NCBI RefSeq assembly: GCF_041886205.1
Contig: NZ_CP169029.1
Length of the DNA: 64,000 bases
Direction: 5' to 3' (one strand)
Origin: Escherichia coli
Lineage (GTDB): Bacteria > Pseudomonadota > Gammaproteobacteria > Enterobacterales > Enterobacteriaceae
This document shows positions 12,489-26,200 of this stretch, one piece after another. How positions within the stretch are numbered: the first letter of the stretch is position 1; each line of letters starts with the position of its first letter. Position numbers and translations under genes: made by a program. The notes beneath the pieces are model-generated. The model worked only from the letters and a program-made list of their open reading frames with translations. It had not been told where the DNA came from and searched no databases.

Positions 12489-14420
12489 TCAAATGGGGCG
12501 GATACTTTCTTCATCCAGCTCCGCATCGAAAAACCGACGCAGGGTCTGAATATTATTATCCGCAATAATGGACTCGCGCGCCTGCGCAAGTTTTTCTTCG
12601 TATATCGCCTGACGCCACTCCAGCGGCGTACGCACCGCGGGATTATCATCTTCAACGATAGTCAGTTCAACCGTTGAACCTTTTAACATGCTCAACGCTT
12701 CAGCCAGTTTTTGCTGTGCACCGCGGTTGTTCAAATGCCGCTGAGAGGAGCGCAAATGCAGACATACTGCGTTGTCGCTCTCCTCTTTCCAGGCATTTAA
12801 CGCCACCTGTTCGACCAGTTTTGGTAGCGAAAGTTGGCTCACCTGTGCCGCCCACGGGTCGCGCTCAATGGCTTCTGCCGCCAGCTTCGCCGCCAGTTCC
12901 GGCGTTTTTTCATGTTCCAGCGCTTTTTTCAGCGCCTTCGGCGTGGCGACCACTTCTTTTTGCTGCATCACTGGAGTGGTAGCCTTCCAGCGATACGCTT
13001 CTTTTTTGGCTGGCGCTTTTTCCAGCGCCGATGGCACCGGACGCGCCTGAACGCGATCGGTGACCGAAGCCAGTCTTTCCAGCGCAGCGTTATTCACCGG
13101 CCGCGCGCGGGTAGCGGCTGCCGGTTCACTCTTTTTTGCTTTGGTTGCTCCCTGCACGCGCTGCAACTGCTGGCGCGCCGCCAGCACCTGGCTGGTGGTT
13201 TCCGGGAGCGGTACAGTCGGTGCCTGCTGCGGCGCTGATTGCGGTTGCGGCGGCACCTGGGTTGGCGTCATTACTGCCGTTGGCGCGACGGGCGCAAAGG
13301 ACTGGCGTGGCACTTCTGGCTCAGGCAGAGGCATACGTGGATGGAACGCCAGCGCGCGCAGCAGCGTCATCTCAACGCCCATGCGGCGGTCCGGCGCATA
13401 CGGTAATTCTTTGCGACCAATCAACAGCGTCTGATAGTAAAGCTGAATATCCGTCGGCGGTATGGTGCGCGCCAGTTCACGCATCCGCAGCTCAATGGCG
13501 GCCATGTCGTTGCCAAGTGCAGCAGGCGAAAGTTGTACCATCGCAATACGATGCAACAGGCCGAGCATTTCCACCAGCAACGCTTCCCACTCGATACCAC
13601 GGGCAGCGGCTTCATTAATCAGCGCCATTACGCGCTCGCCGTTGGCCTCGACCATCGCTTCAACCAGCGACAGCGCCTGATCGTCATCAAGCGTACCCAG
13701 CATCGCACTGACTGCCTGGGTTGAAACCTGGCCGTCACCGCTGGCAATCGCCTGGTCGGTCAGACTTAAGGCATCTCGCAGGCTGCCTTCAGCGGCGCGC
13801 GCCAGCAATTGCAACGCCCGCGGCTCGTGAGCGATATGTTCTTCGTTGAGGATGTGCTCAAGTTGATGGCGAATTTGCTCGACATCCAGCGCCTTGAGAT
13901 GAAATTGCAAACAGCGCGACAAAATCGTCACCGGCAATTTCTGTGGATCGGTCGTCGCCAGCAGAAACTTAACGTGCTCCGGCGGCTCTTCAAGGGTTTT
14001 TAACAGTGCGTTAAAGCTGTGGCGCGACAGCATATGCACTTCGTCGATCAGATAAACTTTGAAACGACCACGCGCCGGAGCGTACTGGACGTTATCCAGC
14101 AGGTCGCGGGTATCTTCAACTTTGGTGCGCGAGGCGGCGTCGATTTCAATCAGATCGACAAAGCGCCCCTGCTCGATTTCACGACAGTTATCGCACACGC
14201 CGCACGGCGTCGCGGTAATGCCGGTTTCGCAGTTTAGCCCCTTCGCCAGCAGTCGGGCGATAGAGGTTTTTCCGACGCCACGGGTGCCGGAAAAAAGATA
14301 AGCATGATGAATACGCCCTAACGACAAGCCGTTCGCCAGTGCGGTCAGCACATGTTCCTGGCCGACGACGTCAGCAAAGGTTTGTGGGCGCCATTTTCGG
14401 GCTAAGACCTGATAACTCAT
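12489..14420 (-). CDS. dnaX: DNA polymerase III tau subunit (gamma by programmed frameshift)
   Basis: 643-aa ORF with AAA+ clamp-loader motifs; recognised as DnaX. Confidence 0.96.
   Translation of the reverse strand: MSYQVLARKWRPQTFADVVGQEHVLTALANGLSLGRIHHAYLFSGTRGVGKTSIARLLAKGLNCETGITATPCGVCDNCREIEQGRFVDLIEIDAASRTKVEDTRDLLDNVQYAPARGRFKVYLIDEVHMLSRHSFNALLKTLEEPPEHVKFLLATTDPQKLPVTILSRCLQFHLKALDVEQIRHQLEHILNEEHIAHEPRALQLLARAAEGSLRDALSLTDQAIASGDGQVSTQAVSAMLGTLDDDQALSLVEAMVEANGERVMALINEAAARGIEWEALLVEMLGLLHRIAMVQLSPAALGNDMAAIELRMRELARTIPPTDIQLYYQTLLIGRKELPYAPDRRMGVEMTLLRALAFHPRMPLPEPEVPRQSFAPVAPTAVMTPTQVPPQPQSAPQQAPTVPLPETTSQVLAARQQLQRVQGATKAKKSEPAAATRARPVNNAALERLASVTDRVQARPVPSALEKAPAKKEAYRWKATTPVMQQKEVVATPKALKKALEHEKTPELAAKLAAEAIERDPWAAQVSQLSLPKLVEQVALNAWKEESDNAVCLHLRSSQRHLNNRGAQQKLAEALSMLKGSTVELTIVEDDNPAVRTPLEWRQAIYEEKLAQARESIIADNNIQTLRRFFDAELDEESIRPI
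13131..13137 (-). promoter_or_regulatory. dnaX: dnaX programmed -1 ribosomal frameshift heptamer A AAA AAG (gives gamma subunit)
   Basis: Plus-strand cttttttgc at 13131-13139 is the reverse complement of GCAAAAAAG; encoded ...AKKSEP...; GC-rich stem-loop follows on the mRNA (13101-13128). Confidence 0.8.
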
Positions 14421-14548
14421 TGGCAGGCTCTGAAACGCTGGAAGGTGGATTCACGAAGGGGTAATGCTAACACAGCCCCGTCAGAACGGCGAGGCTGAAT
14501 GCACATCTTGTGCTGTCCGTAGCGTGGGCAGCACAAGACTGGCGATAA

Positions 14549-15100
14549 TTAATGGCCCGGGAACGGGACAAGGCTGTAGCTGGTAATGCCCTGTTTTTCG
14601 AGACGCTGTTCGCCGCCGAGATCGAACAGGTTGATAATGAACGCAGCGTCAGCCACTTCACCACCCAGACGACGGATCAGTTTAACGGTCGCTTCAATAG
14701 TGCCGCCGGTTGCCAGCAGATCGTCCACCACCAGAACTTTGTCGCCCGGTTTGATGGCATCAACGTGGATCTCCAGCTGATCGGTGCCGTATTCCAGATC
14801 GTAAGTTTCACTGATAGTTTCACGCGGCAGTTTGCCCGGTTTACGGACCGGCACAAAGCCAACGCCCAGACCCAGAGCTACCGGAGCGCCAAACAAGAAG
14901 CCACGCGCTTCGGTGCCGACAACTTTGGTAATGCCCGCATTTTTGTAACGCTCAACCAGCAAGTCGATGCTGAGAGCGTAAGCTTTCGGGTCTTCCAGTA
15001 AGCTGGTGACATCGCGGAAAAGAATGCCGGGTTTTGGGTAGTCCTGAATGCTTTTGATGCTATTTTTGAGATACTCAAGCTGCTGTGCAGTCGCGGTCAT
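14549..15100 (-). CDS. apt: adenine phosphoribosyltransferase
   Basis: 183-aa from [13 protein letters not shown] with PRPP-binding motif [13 protein letters not shown]; ORF-track start at 15154 is over-extended. Confidence 0.95.
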
Positions 15101-15252
15101 AAGTGTATGCCTGCTTGTTACGGTGGTACTCACGGCGCGTTTTAAACGTATCAAAAGTAACAGTTGTTTAACCTTTGACCGCCTGCGCCTGTGCTCGAAA
15201 ACGCCAGAATGTACTGGCTGTACGCAATAATTGCAACTGCGATTGTTGTGCT

Positions 15253-15630
15253 TCAGTGCTTTTCTTGCTTTTCATCAATCACCGGAATTCGCCACATATA
15301 GAAAAGCAAACAGGCGAGAATTACCAGCAACATGATGCGCACCCATGGCATCTGGACGAACCACAGAGAAATGGCAAACGTGAGCAAAATAAGCAAAATC
15401 GCCCGCGGTTTGACGCCGCGCGGCATCGCATGATGTTTCTGCCAGAAACGTAGATAGCTGCCAAACCATGAGCGGTACAGCAACCAGGCGTGAAAGCGCG
15501 GGGAAGAACGGGCAAAGCACCAGGCCGCCAGCAGGATAAACGGCGTCGTCGGTAATACCGGTAATACCACGCCCAGCGTACCCAGCACTACCGCCAGCCA
15601 GCCAATGATGATTAAAATGATTCGTTGCAT
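15253..15630 (-). CDS. ybaN: inner membrane protein YbaN (DUF454)
   Basis: 125-aa hydrophobic ORF; K-12 synteny between apt and priC. Confidence 0.9.
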
Positions 15631-15699
15631 ATTGAGTGTTGTCAGCTTACAGAGTGGCTACTTTAGCATAACAATTATCATTTTCATTGAGGTCTTATC

Positions 15700-16227
15700 G
15701 TGAAAACCGCCCTGCTGCTGGAAAAACTGGAAGGACAGCTCGCTACGCTGCGTCAGCGTTGTGCCCCGGTGTCACAGTTCGCCACGCTAAGTGCTCGTTT
15801 CGACAGGCATCTTTTTCAGACTCGTGCGACAACACTACAGGCTTGTCTCGACGAGGCGGGCGATAATCTGGCTGCGCTTCGTCATGCAGTTGAGCAGCAA
15901 CAGCTGCCGCAAGTGGCCTGGCTGGCGGAACATCTGGCGGCACAACTGGAAGCCATCGCGCGTGAAGCCTCCGCCTGGTCATTGCGCGAGTGGGACAGTG
16001 CGCCACCGAAAATTGCCCGCTGGCAGCGTAAACGTATTCAGCATCAGGATTTTGAGCGGCGGCTACGTGAGATGGTTGCCGAACGCAGAGCCCGCCTGGT
16101 GCGGGTGACCGATCTCGTGGAACAGCAAACGCTGCATCGTGAAGTGGAAGCCTATGAAGCGCGCCTGGCACGCTGCCGCCATGCGCTGGAAAAAATCGAA
16201 AACAGGCTAGCGCGCTTAACCCGCTAG
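15700..16227 (+). CDS. priC: primosomal replication protein N'' (PriC)
   Basis: 175-aa ORF, apparent GTG start at 15700; recognised as PriC. Confidence 0.9.
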   Translation: MKTALLLEKLEGQLATLRQRCAPVSQFATLSARFDRHLFQTRATTLQACLDEAGDNLAALRHAVEQQQLPQVAWLAEHLAAQLEAIAREASAWSLREWDSAPPKIARWQRKRIQHQDFERRLREMVAERRARLVRVTDLVEQQTLHREVEAYEARLARCRHALEKIENRLARLTR

Positions 16228-16240
16228 CAATGGAGAGAGT

Positions 16241-16402
16241 ATGTCACTTGAAAATGCCCCTGACGATGTCAAACTGGCTGTCGATTTGATTGTGCTGCTG
16301 GAAGAAAATCAGATCCCAGCCCGCACCGTGCTGCGCGCGCTGGATATTGTAAAACGCGATTATGAAAAGAAATTAACGCGCGATGATGAGGCGGAAAAGT
16401 GA
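16241..16402 (+). CDS. ybaM: small uncharacterised protein YbaM (53 aa)
   Basis: Hand-translated [53 protein letters not shown]; below the 60-aa cutoff so absent from the ORF track; position matches K-12 ybaM. Confidence 0.75.
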   Translation: MSLENAPDDVKLAVDLIVLLEENQIPARTVLRALDIVKRDYEKKLTRDDEAEK

Positions 16403-16454
16403 GAAATAAATGGGGCCGCTAAATGTCCCCTAAGATTGTGGGCAAACGCAAAAC

Positions 16455-16553
16455 TGCCTGATGCGCTACGCTTATCAGGCCTACACCGCTCCTGCAATAT
16501 ATTGAATTCTTGCGGTTTCGTAGGCCGGATAAGGCGGTCACGCCGCATCCGGC
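16455..16553. repeat. REP/BIME cluster between ybaM and mscK
   Basis: REP units GCCTGATGCGCTACGCTTATCAGGCCTAC and TAGGCCGGATAAGGCGGTCACGCCGCATCCGGCA read directly. Confidence 0.6.
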
Positions 16554-16613
16554 ATGAACAACGCGCACTTTGTCAGTAATCTCGGGGCAACTAAATGTCG
16601 CCCCCTTTGGTTA

Positions 16614-19600
16614 TTACCCAACCGCTGGTGTCGGATCGTCGCCTTTGTAGTCGCGTTTTACTTCCGTCACCTCATCGCCCTTCTCGTTGTGCAGATGCAC
16701 TTCAAGCTGGTTAAAGGCAATGTTGATGTCGTTTTCACGGCACAGCTGATCGATAGTACGGTTCAGCTCATCGACAGTACGACTACGGTCACGCAGTTCA
16801 CGCACATACAGACGCAGCTCATGATCCAACGTGCTGGCACCAAACGCCGTAAAGAAGACTTCCGGCATTGGTTCGTGCATCACTCTTGGGTGCTCAGTCG
16901 CCGCCTTCAGTAACACTTTACGCACTTTTTCCAGATCGGAGCCATAGGCCACGCCGAGACGGATCACCAGACGCGTAGTAGTGTCAGTCAACGACCAGTT
17001 GATCAGACGCTCGGTAACAAACGCTTTGTTCGGGATGATCACTTCTTTGCGATCGAAATCGGTAATCGTTGTCGCACGAATACGGATCTTACTTACCGTC
17101 CCCGAGAAGCTACCAATGGTTACCGTATCGCCAATACGCACCGGACGTTCGAATAGAATGATCAAACCGGAGACGAAGTTACCGAAAATTTCTTGTAAAC
17201 CAAAACCAAGACCTACGGATAATGCTGCGGCCAGCCACTGGAGTTTATCCCAAGAGACGCCCAGCGATCCGAACACCGTCATCGCACCAACAGCAATAAT
17301 GATGTAGTTAAGGATGGTAGTAATGGCATACGACGCGCCCTGGCGCATATTCAGTCGCGAGAGCACCAGCACTTCCAGTAAACCAGGCAGGTTGCGAATC
17401 AACGCCCAGGCCACCATTGAGGCGATAATCGCAAACAACAGACTGCCCATGGTGACGTTTTTCACCACCGCAGCGCCAGCTTCAGTGCCGTTGTAATGCC
17501 AGAGCGTGATGCTGTCGAGATAGCTGAACACGGTGATCAAATCGGACCAAATTGCCCAGAACATGACACCGAACAGCGCAAACATCAGCAACATGGTAAT
17601 ACGCAGCGTCTGCTGGTTAACTTGCTCCAGTGCAATGGTGGGTTCTTCCGGCGGTTCAGCACCTTCTGCGCCCTCTTTCACCAGATTCTGCCGACGCGCC
17701 AGCGCACGACGCCAGGCGATACGCCGCGCCGCTACGCTTAAGCCACGCAGTACCGTCTGGTACAGCAGGTTCCAGATGATCACCAGATAAACGGTTTCAA
17801 TCCAGCGTCCTGCCAGACGCAGCGTAGTGTAGAAGTAGCCTGTAGCAGTCAGCACCATCAGCGCAATCGGGATTATCGACAGCACGGTAATGGTGACCAG
17901 TCGCATGGTGTGCGACTCTTTATCACGCCAGCTTTCGCGGCACATCGGCCATACCAGGAAGGCAATCAGCAGCAGGTTGAAGAAAATCATCGCTTGCCCC
18001 AGCACATCATCCATCAGATGCAGCGGGGAAAGTTCTGCCACCACAGACCAGAAATGGATAGGCAGCAATGCGAGACTGATGCGGACAATTTGCCGACGCC
18101 AGTGGCTGGTCTGCTGTTCCGGCATGCCGAAGTGACGTACGGCAACGCCGTTTTTCTCCAGTACCTTCCAGCACAGGCCAAACACCAGCCAGAATATCGC
18201 CAGTTTTTTGCTGAACGACCATAGCAGTTCGCTGATGTTGAGCTGCATGGTCAACAGAATCAGGCCAACCGCGAGAATAATCAGGCACACCGGCAGCGCA
18301 CGGATCAGGTCGATAAGGATCGCTTTTGGTGTGTTGAGCTGGCTGTCGTTACGCAGGGAACCCACAGCGGAAGCCAGTTTTTGTTGATACGCTTTCAGCC
18401 AGCCCAGACGCCAGTGGATCAGCCCGGCAATCAACAGCAGCGGCAAACCAGCGAGGAAAGCGATAAAAACGGCGGGCCAGGCTTTTTGCCAGTTCACCGT
18501 GATTTTCATCGACTTAAATTCATCTTTCAGGCTTTGCGGGAACGCTTTGATCCAGTCCCAGTCCATTGGACGGTTACTGTTCACCCAAAAGATTTGCTGA
18601 GTCAGGATGGATTTCAGGTTTTTCGACACACTCATTAACTGCTGCTGGTTGATTTGCAGGTTAATGGCCATCATCAGCTGGTTACCCAACTGTTTGTTGA
18701 GTTGATCCAGCAATTCGCGACGCATATCAACCACTTGCAATAACGCATCGTGAACTTCGCTGTTGACTTCGTTGGTGTGACCTTCTTCCAGTTTGTTGAC
18801 GAACGCATCGCTCTGGAAGAGTGCATCACGCTGCTGGTTAACTTCAAACTGTTCGAGACGCAAATCCGCGATGCGGTTGGTCATGTTTTCCAGTTCATCC
18901 GCCGAGGGCAGCGTTTGTTGTTGCTGGTAAAGGATACGAGACAACAGCAGGCTGCCCTTCAGGACGGCAATCTGCTCTTTAATATTGCGTTCCGATTGCA
19001 GCGCCCGCTCCAGCCAGTTTTTGACTTTAATGTTTTGCTGCATCAACTGATTACCGTTTTCAGTCGCGGTAATCAGACGCTGACTTAACTGCTGGTTAAT
19101 TTCCAGTTCCTGCTTCACCAGCGGATTAGCCTGAATACGCGCGGCTTCATCCGGGGAGACGGCTTCCTGCGCCGTTTTTTCGGTTAAAGTCAGGCGCTTG
19201 CTGTTTACCGCTTCTTGCAACAGTTGTAACTGGTGCTCCAGACGAGCGCTGTTCGCCGTCACGTAATCACGTTGCTTTTGCAAGGTATCCTGCAAGACGG
19301 TGTTCCCTTCCAGGCTTTTACGCTGCTGGTCAATCTCCGCATTCAGCAACGCCTGCTGGGCCTGCATTAACACTTTCTGGCTGGGACGTAAGGCTGTCTC
19401 GCCGACATCAGTCCCATCCAGACGACTGCGAATTTGTTGCAGCTGCTGCGAAGCGTTATACATCGCATTTTGCACGCGTTCGGGCTGCGTCTGTAACGAA
19501 ACCAGCTGGCTGTTATAAGACGCCAGATCGTTTTGTGCGTTTTGCAAATCGTCCAGCGCCTGGGCAACGCGAGTTTCCAGCTGGCGCAACGAAAGCGTGC

Positions 19601-19976
19601 TCAGAATTTTGCGCGTTTCTTCGTCGTTATCGACATCGCTAAGTGCTGTTAACGCCGCGGTCGCCTGGCGCATTTTTTCCGGCGCTTCAGCGACTTTTTG
19701 CCGTAGCTGAACTGTCTCTTCTTTTATGCGATCGATTTTATCGAGGGTGGCTAATGTATCTGTCAGATCCTGCTGCACCAGTTTGTCCTGAGCAGAAAGA
19801 TCTTTTTGTTTATTTAGTGAGTCAAGTTGCGCCTGCAGGTCCGCTTTTGTCGGCAGATCACCATTCGATGACGCCCGCGCAAACGCCGTGTTCTGGCATA
19901 ACAAGACAAAAACAAAAGCAATAAATGCTGAAAAAACAAAATGCCGTGATCGTTTGTAATACTGGAACATAGTCAT
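16614..19976 (-). CDS. mscK: potassium-dependent mechanosensitive channel MscK (KefA)
   Basis: 1120-aa ORF with signal peptide, long coiled-coil periplasmic region and C-terminal MscS-like domain. Confidence 0.95.
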   Translation of the reverse strand: MTMFQYYKRSRHFVFSAFIAFVFVLLCQNTAFARASSNGDLPTKADLQAQLDSLNKQKDLSAQDKLVQQDLTDTLATLDKIDRIKEETVQLRQKVAEAPEKMRQATAALTALSDVDNDEETRKILSTLSLRQLETRVAQALDDLQNAQNDLASYNSQLVSLQTQPERVQNAMYNASQQLQQIRSRLDGTDVGETALRPSQKVLMQAQQALLNAEIDQQRKSLEGNTVLQDTLQKQRDYVTANSARLEHQLQLLQEAVNSKRLTLTEKTAQEAVSPDEAARIQANPLVKQELEINQQLSQRLITATENGNQLMQQNIKVKNWLERALQSERNIKEQIAVLKGSLLLSRILYQQQQTLPSADELENMTNRIADLRLEQFEVNQQRDALFQSDAFVNKLEEGHTNEVNSEVHDALLQVVDMRRELLDQLNKQLGNQLMMAINLQINQQQLMSVSKNLKSILTQQIFWVNSNRPMDWDWIKAFPQSLKDEFKSMKITVNWQKAWPAVFIAFLAGLPLLLIAGLIHWRLGWLKAYQQKLASAVGSLRNDSQLNTPKAILIDLIRALPVCLIILAVGLILLTMQLNISELLWSFSKKLAIFWLVFGLCWKVLEKNGVAVRHFGMPEQQTSHWRRQIVRISLALLPIHFWSVVAELSPLHLMDDVLGQAMIFFNLLLIAFLVWPMCRESWRDKESHTMRLVTITVLSIIPIALMVLTATGYFYTTLRLAGRWIETVYLVIIWNLLYQTVLRGLSVAARRIAWRRALARRQNLVKEGAEGAEPPEEPTIALEQVNQQTLRITMLLMFALFGVMFWAIWSDLITVFSYLDSITLWHYNGTEAGAAVVKNVTMGSLLFAIIASMVAWALIRNLPGLLEVLVLSRLNMRQGASYAITTILNYIIIAVGAMTVFGSLGVSWDKLQWLAAALSVGLGFGLQEIFGNFVSGLIILFERPVRIGDTVTIGSFSGTVSKIRIRATTITDFDRKEVIIPNKAFVTERLINWSLTDTTTRLVIRLGVAYGSDLEKVRKVLLKAATEHPRVMHEPMPEVFFTAFGASTLDHELRLYVRELRDRSRTVDELNRTIDQLCRENDINIAFNQLEVHLHNEKGDEVTEVKRDYKGDDPTPAVG

Positions 19977-20103
19977 GATGAATGAAGGTTTCTGAACCTG
20001 AAGAACGACCTGAAAAAGTCAAACCGCAAGAATATCACGACGCAGTGAACCAGAATAGCAACGACGAAAATGTCCAGGAAAAATCCTGGAGTCAGATTCA
20101 GGG

Positions 20104-20751
20104 TTATTCGTTAGTGGCAGGATTACGAAGCGTGGGGCACAGGAGATACATCTCCAGTAAGATGGCAACGTAATCGCGGGCTTCTTTTTTAAGATCAAAA
20201 GATTGCGGGGCAAAGAGCCAGTTTTCCATCAGGCCGGAAATATAGCCGCGCATAATAATTGCTGCGCGACGCGTCATTAAATCCGCAGGCAACATTTTCG
20301 CTTCAATACAATGTTTTAACGTTTGTTCTATACGGTCATAACTTTCCAGACAGAGATTACGTTGTGCCTGTTGCACAACAGCCATTTCTCCGACAAATTC
20401 GCATTTGTGGAATATAATCTCCATCAATAATCGACGCCGTTCTTCTGTCACCGTGGATTCAAGAACATGAATTAATATCTCTCTTAATACTGAGAGTGGA
20501 TCGCCAGGGAATTTTGCCTGATACTCAAGCTCTAGTTCACCAATATTGGATTCTGACAGTTCCCAGATCTCACTGAACAAATCCGACTTGTCTTTAAAAT
20601 GCCAGTAGATTGCACCGCGCGTAACGCCAGCTGCTTTTGCAATCTCGCCCAGCGAGGTGGATGATACCCCCTGCTGTGAGAAAAGACGTAGAGCCACATC
20701 GAGGATGTGTTGGCGCGTTTCTTGCGCTTCTTGTTTGGTTTTTCGTGCCAT
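20104..20751 (-). CDS. acrR: TetR-family repressor of acrAB
   Basis: 215-aa ORF with N-terminal TetR HTH; divergent from acrA. Confidence 0.95.
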
Positions 20752-20779
20752 ATGTTCGTGAATTTACAGGCGTTAGATT

Positions 20780-20803
20780 TACATACATTTGTGAATGTAT
20801 GTA
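20780..20803. promoter_or_regulatory. AcrR operator, 24-bp palindrome TACATACATTTGTGAATGTATGTA
   Basis: Perfect 10-bp inverted arms around a 4-bp centre in the acrR/acrA divergent promoter region; matches the known AcrR binding site. Confidence 0.8.
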
Positions 20804-20892
20804 CCATAGCACGACGATAATATAAACGCAGCAATGGGTTTATTAACTTTTGACCATTGACCAATTTGAAATCGGACACTCGAGGTTTACAT

Positions 20893-22086
20893 ATGAACAA
20901 AAACAGAGGGTTTACGCCTCTGGCGGTCGTTCTGATGCTCTCAGGCAGCTTAGCCCTAACAGGATGTGACGACAAACAGGCCCAACAAGGTGGCCAGCAG
21001 ATGCCCGCCGTTGGCGTAGTAACAGTCAAAACTGAACCTCTGCAGATCACAACCGAGCTTCCGGGTCGCACCAGTGCCTACCGGATCGCAGAAGTTCGTC
21101 CTCAAGTTAGCGGGATTATCCTGAAGCGTAATTTCAAAGAAGGTAGCGACATCGAAGCAGGTGTCTCTCTCTATCAGATTGATCCTGCGACCTATCAGGC
21201 GACATACGACAGTGCGAAAGGTGATCTGGCGAAAGCCCAGGCTGCAGCCAATATCGCGCAATTGACGGTGAATCGTTATCAGAAACTGCTCGGTACTCAG
21301 TACATCAGTAAGCAAGAGTACGATCAGGCTCTGGCTGATGCGCAACAGGCGAATGCTGCGGTAACTGCGGCGAAAGCTGCCGTTGAAACTGCGCGGATCA
21401 ATCTGGCTTACACCAAAGTCACCTCTCCGATTAGCGGTCGCATTGGTAAGTCGAACGTGACGGAAGGCGCATTGGTACAGAACGGTCAGGCGACTGCGCT
21501 GGCAACCGTGCAGCAACTTGATCCGATCTACGTTGATGTGACCCAGTCCAGCAACGACTTCCTGCGCCTGAAACAGGAACTGGCGAATGGCACGCTGAAA
21601 CAAGAGAACGGCAAAGCCAAAGTGTCACTGATCACCAGTGACGGCATTAAGTTCCCGCAGGACGGTACGCTGGAATTCTCTGACGTTACCGTTGATCAGA
21701 CCACTGGGTCTATCACCCTACGCGCTATCTTCCCGAACCCGGATCACACTCTGCTGCCGGGTATGTTCGTGCGCGCACGTCTGGAAGAAGGGCTTAATCC
21801 AAACGCTATTTTAGTCCCGCAACAGGGCGTAACCCGTACGCCGCGTGGCGATGCCACCGTACTGGTAGTTGGCGCGGATGACAAAGTGGAAACCCGTCCG
21901 ATCGTTGCAAGCCAGGCTATTGGCGATAAGTGGCTGGTGACAGAAGGTCTGAAAGCAGGCGATCGCGTAGTAATAAGTGGGCTGCAGAAAGTGCGTCCTG
22001 GTGTCCAGGTAAAAGCACAAGAAGTTACCGCTGATAATAACCAGCAAGCCGCAAGCGGTGCTCAGCCTGAACAGTCCAAGTCTTAA
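20893..22086 (+). CDS. acrA: multidrug efflux periplasmic adaptor (membrane fusion lipoprotein) AcrA
   Basis: 397-aa from MNKNRGFTPLAVVLMLSGSLALTGC (lipobox); ORF-track start at 20857 is over-extended. Confidence 0.95.
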   Translation: MNKNRGFTPLAVVLMLSGSLALTGCDDKQAQQGGQQMPAVGVVTVKTEPLQITTELPGRTSAYRIAEVRPQVSGIILKRNFKEGSDIEAGVSLYQIDPATYQATYDSAKGDLAKAQAAANIAQLTVNRYQKLLGTQYISKQEYDQALADAQQANAAVTAAKAAVETARINLAYTKVTSPISGRIGKSNVTEGALVQNGQATALATVQQLDPIYVDVTQSSNDFLRLKQELANGTLKQENGKAKVSLITSDGIKFPQDGTLEFSDVTVDQTTGSITLRAIFPNPDHTLLPGMFVRARLEEGLNPNAILVPQQGVTRTPRGDATVLVVGADDKVETRPIVASQAIGDKWLVTEGLKAGDRVVISGLQKVRPGVQVKAQEVTADNNQQAASGAQPEQSKS

Positions 22087-22105
22087 CTTAAACAGGAGCC
22101 GTTAA

Positions 22106-25258
<3,153 letters not shown>

Positions 25259-25277
25259 TACAACGTGTAATCACTAA

Positions 25278-25299
25278 GGCCGCGTAAGCGGCCTTTTTT
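25278..25299 (+). terminator. rho-independent terminator of acrB (GGCCGC-GTAA-GCGGCC + T6)
   Basis: 6-bp GC stem, 4-nt loop and TTTTTT tract 20 nt after the acrB stop. Confidence 0.7.
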
Positions 25300-25423
25300 A
25301 TGCATAACCTACGAACATTAAGGAGTAATTGAACCACCAACTCAGGATCTCATACGAAAACCAGTATTAACCTCGCATAAAATTCATAAAAAATACTGAT
25401 TGTTAGTTAATTTATATTAAGTA

Positions 25424-25432
25424 GCGCTAATA
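25424..25432. repeat. IS1 target-site duplication, left copy (GCGCTAATA)
   Basis: 9 bp immediately outside the IS1 end, identical to 26201-26209. Confidence 0.9.
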
Positions 25433-25447
25433 GGTAATGACTCCAAC

Positions 25448-25951
25448 TTATTGATAGTGTTTTATGTTCAGATAATGCCCGATGACTTTGTCATGCAGCT
25501 CCACCGATTTTGAGAACGACAGCGACTTCCGTCCCAGCCGTGCCAGGTGCTGTCTCAGATTCAGGTTATGCCGCTCAATTCGCTGCGTATATCGCTTGCT
25601 GATTACGTGCAGCTTTCCCTTCAGGCGGGATTCATACAGCGGCCAGCCATCCGTCATCCATATCACCACGTCAAAGGGTGACAGCAGGCTCATAAGACGC
25701 CCCAGCGTCGCCATAGTGCGTTCACCGAATACGTGCGCAACAACCGTCTTCCGGAGCCTGTCATACGCGTAAAACAGCCAGCGCTGGCGCGATTTAGCCC
25801 CGACATAGCCCCACTGTTCGTCCATTTCCGCGCAGACGATGACGTCACTGCCCGGCTGTATGCGCGAGGTTACCGACTGCGGCCTGAGTTTTTTAAATGG
25901 CGGAAAATCGTGTTGAGGCCAACGCCCATAATGCGGGCGGTTGCCCGGCAT
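25448..25951 (-). CDS. insB: IS1 InsB' reading frame (expressed as InsAB' transposase by -1 frameshift at A6C motif)
   Basis: 167-aa frame recognised as IS1 InsB; slippery A AAA AAC motif on the minus strand at about 25887-25896 (plus-strand gttttttaaa). Confidence 0.88.
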   Translation of the reverse strand: MPGNRPHYGRWPQHDFPPFKKLRPQSVTSRIQPGSDVIVCAEMDEQWGYVGAKSRQRWLFYAYDRLRKTVVAHVFGERTMATLGRLMSLLSPFDVVIWMTDGWPLYESRLKGKLHVISKRYTQRIERHNLNLRQHLARLGRKSLSFSKSVELHDKVIGHYLNIKHYQ

Positions 25952-26145
25952 CCAACGCCATTCATGGCCATATCAATGATTTTCTGGTGCGTACCGGGTT
26001 GAGAAGCGGTGTAAGTGAACTGCAGTTGCCATGTTTTACGGCAGTGAGAGCAGAGATAGCGCTGATGTCCGGCGGTGCTTTTGCCGTTACGCACCACCCC
26101 GTCAGTAGCTGAACAGGAGGGACAGCTGATAGAAACAGAAGCCAC
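25870..26145 (-). CDS. insA: IS1 InsA (transposition inhibitor / N-terminal part of InsAB' transposase)
   Basis: 91-aa [23 protein letters not shown]... zinc-finger/HTH protein, recognised as IS1 InsA. Confidence 0.92.
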   Translation of the reverse strand: MASVSISCPSCSATDGVVRNGKSTAGHQRYLCSHCRKTWQLQFTYTASQPGTHQKIIDMAMNGVGCRATARIMGVGLNTIFRHLKNSGRSR

Positions 26146-26200
26146 TGGAGCACCTCAAAAACACCATCATACACTAAATCAGTAAGTTGGCAGCATCACC

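Larger units (their letters stand above)
25433..26200 (-). mobile_element. IS1 insertion sequence, complete (768 bp)
   Basis: Ends GGTAATGACTCCAACTTATTGAT (25433-) and ATCAGTAAGTTGGCAGCATCACC (-26200) match the IS1 terminal inverted repeats; insA and insB' ORFs intact; flanked by 9-bp direct repeat. Confidence 0.95.

Noticed and set aside
16554-16913. 119-aa plus-strand ORF
   Set aside because: Starts inside a REP cluster and runs antisense into the 3' end of mscK.
25433-26200. IS1 considered as one end of a composite transposon or larger island
   Set aside because: Only one IS copy is in the window; flanking genes are core and syntenic, and the perfect 9-bp duplication indicates a solitary insertion.
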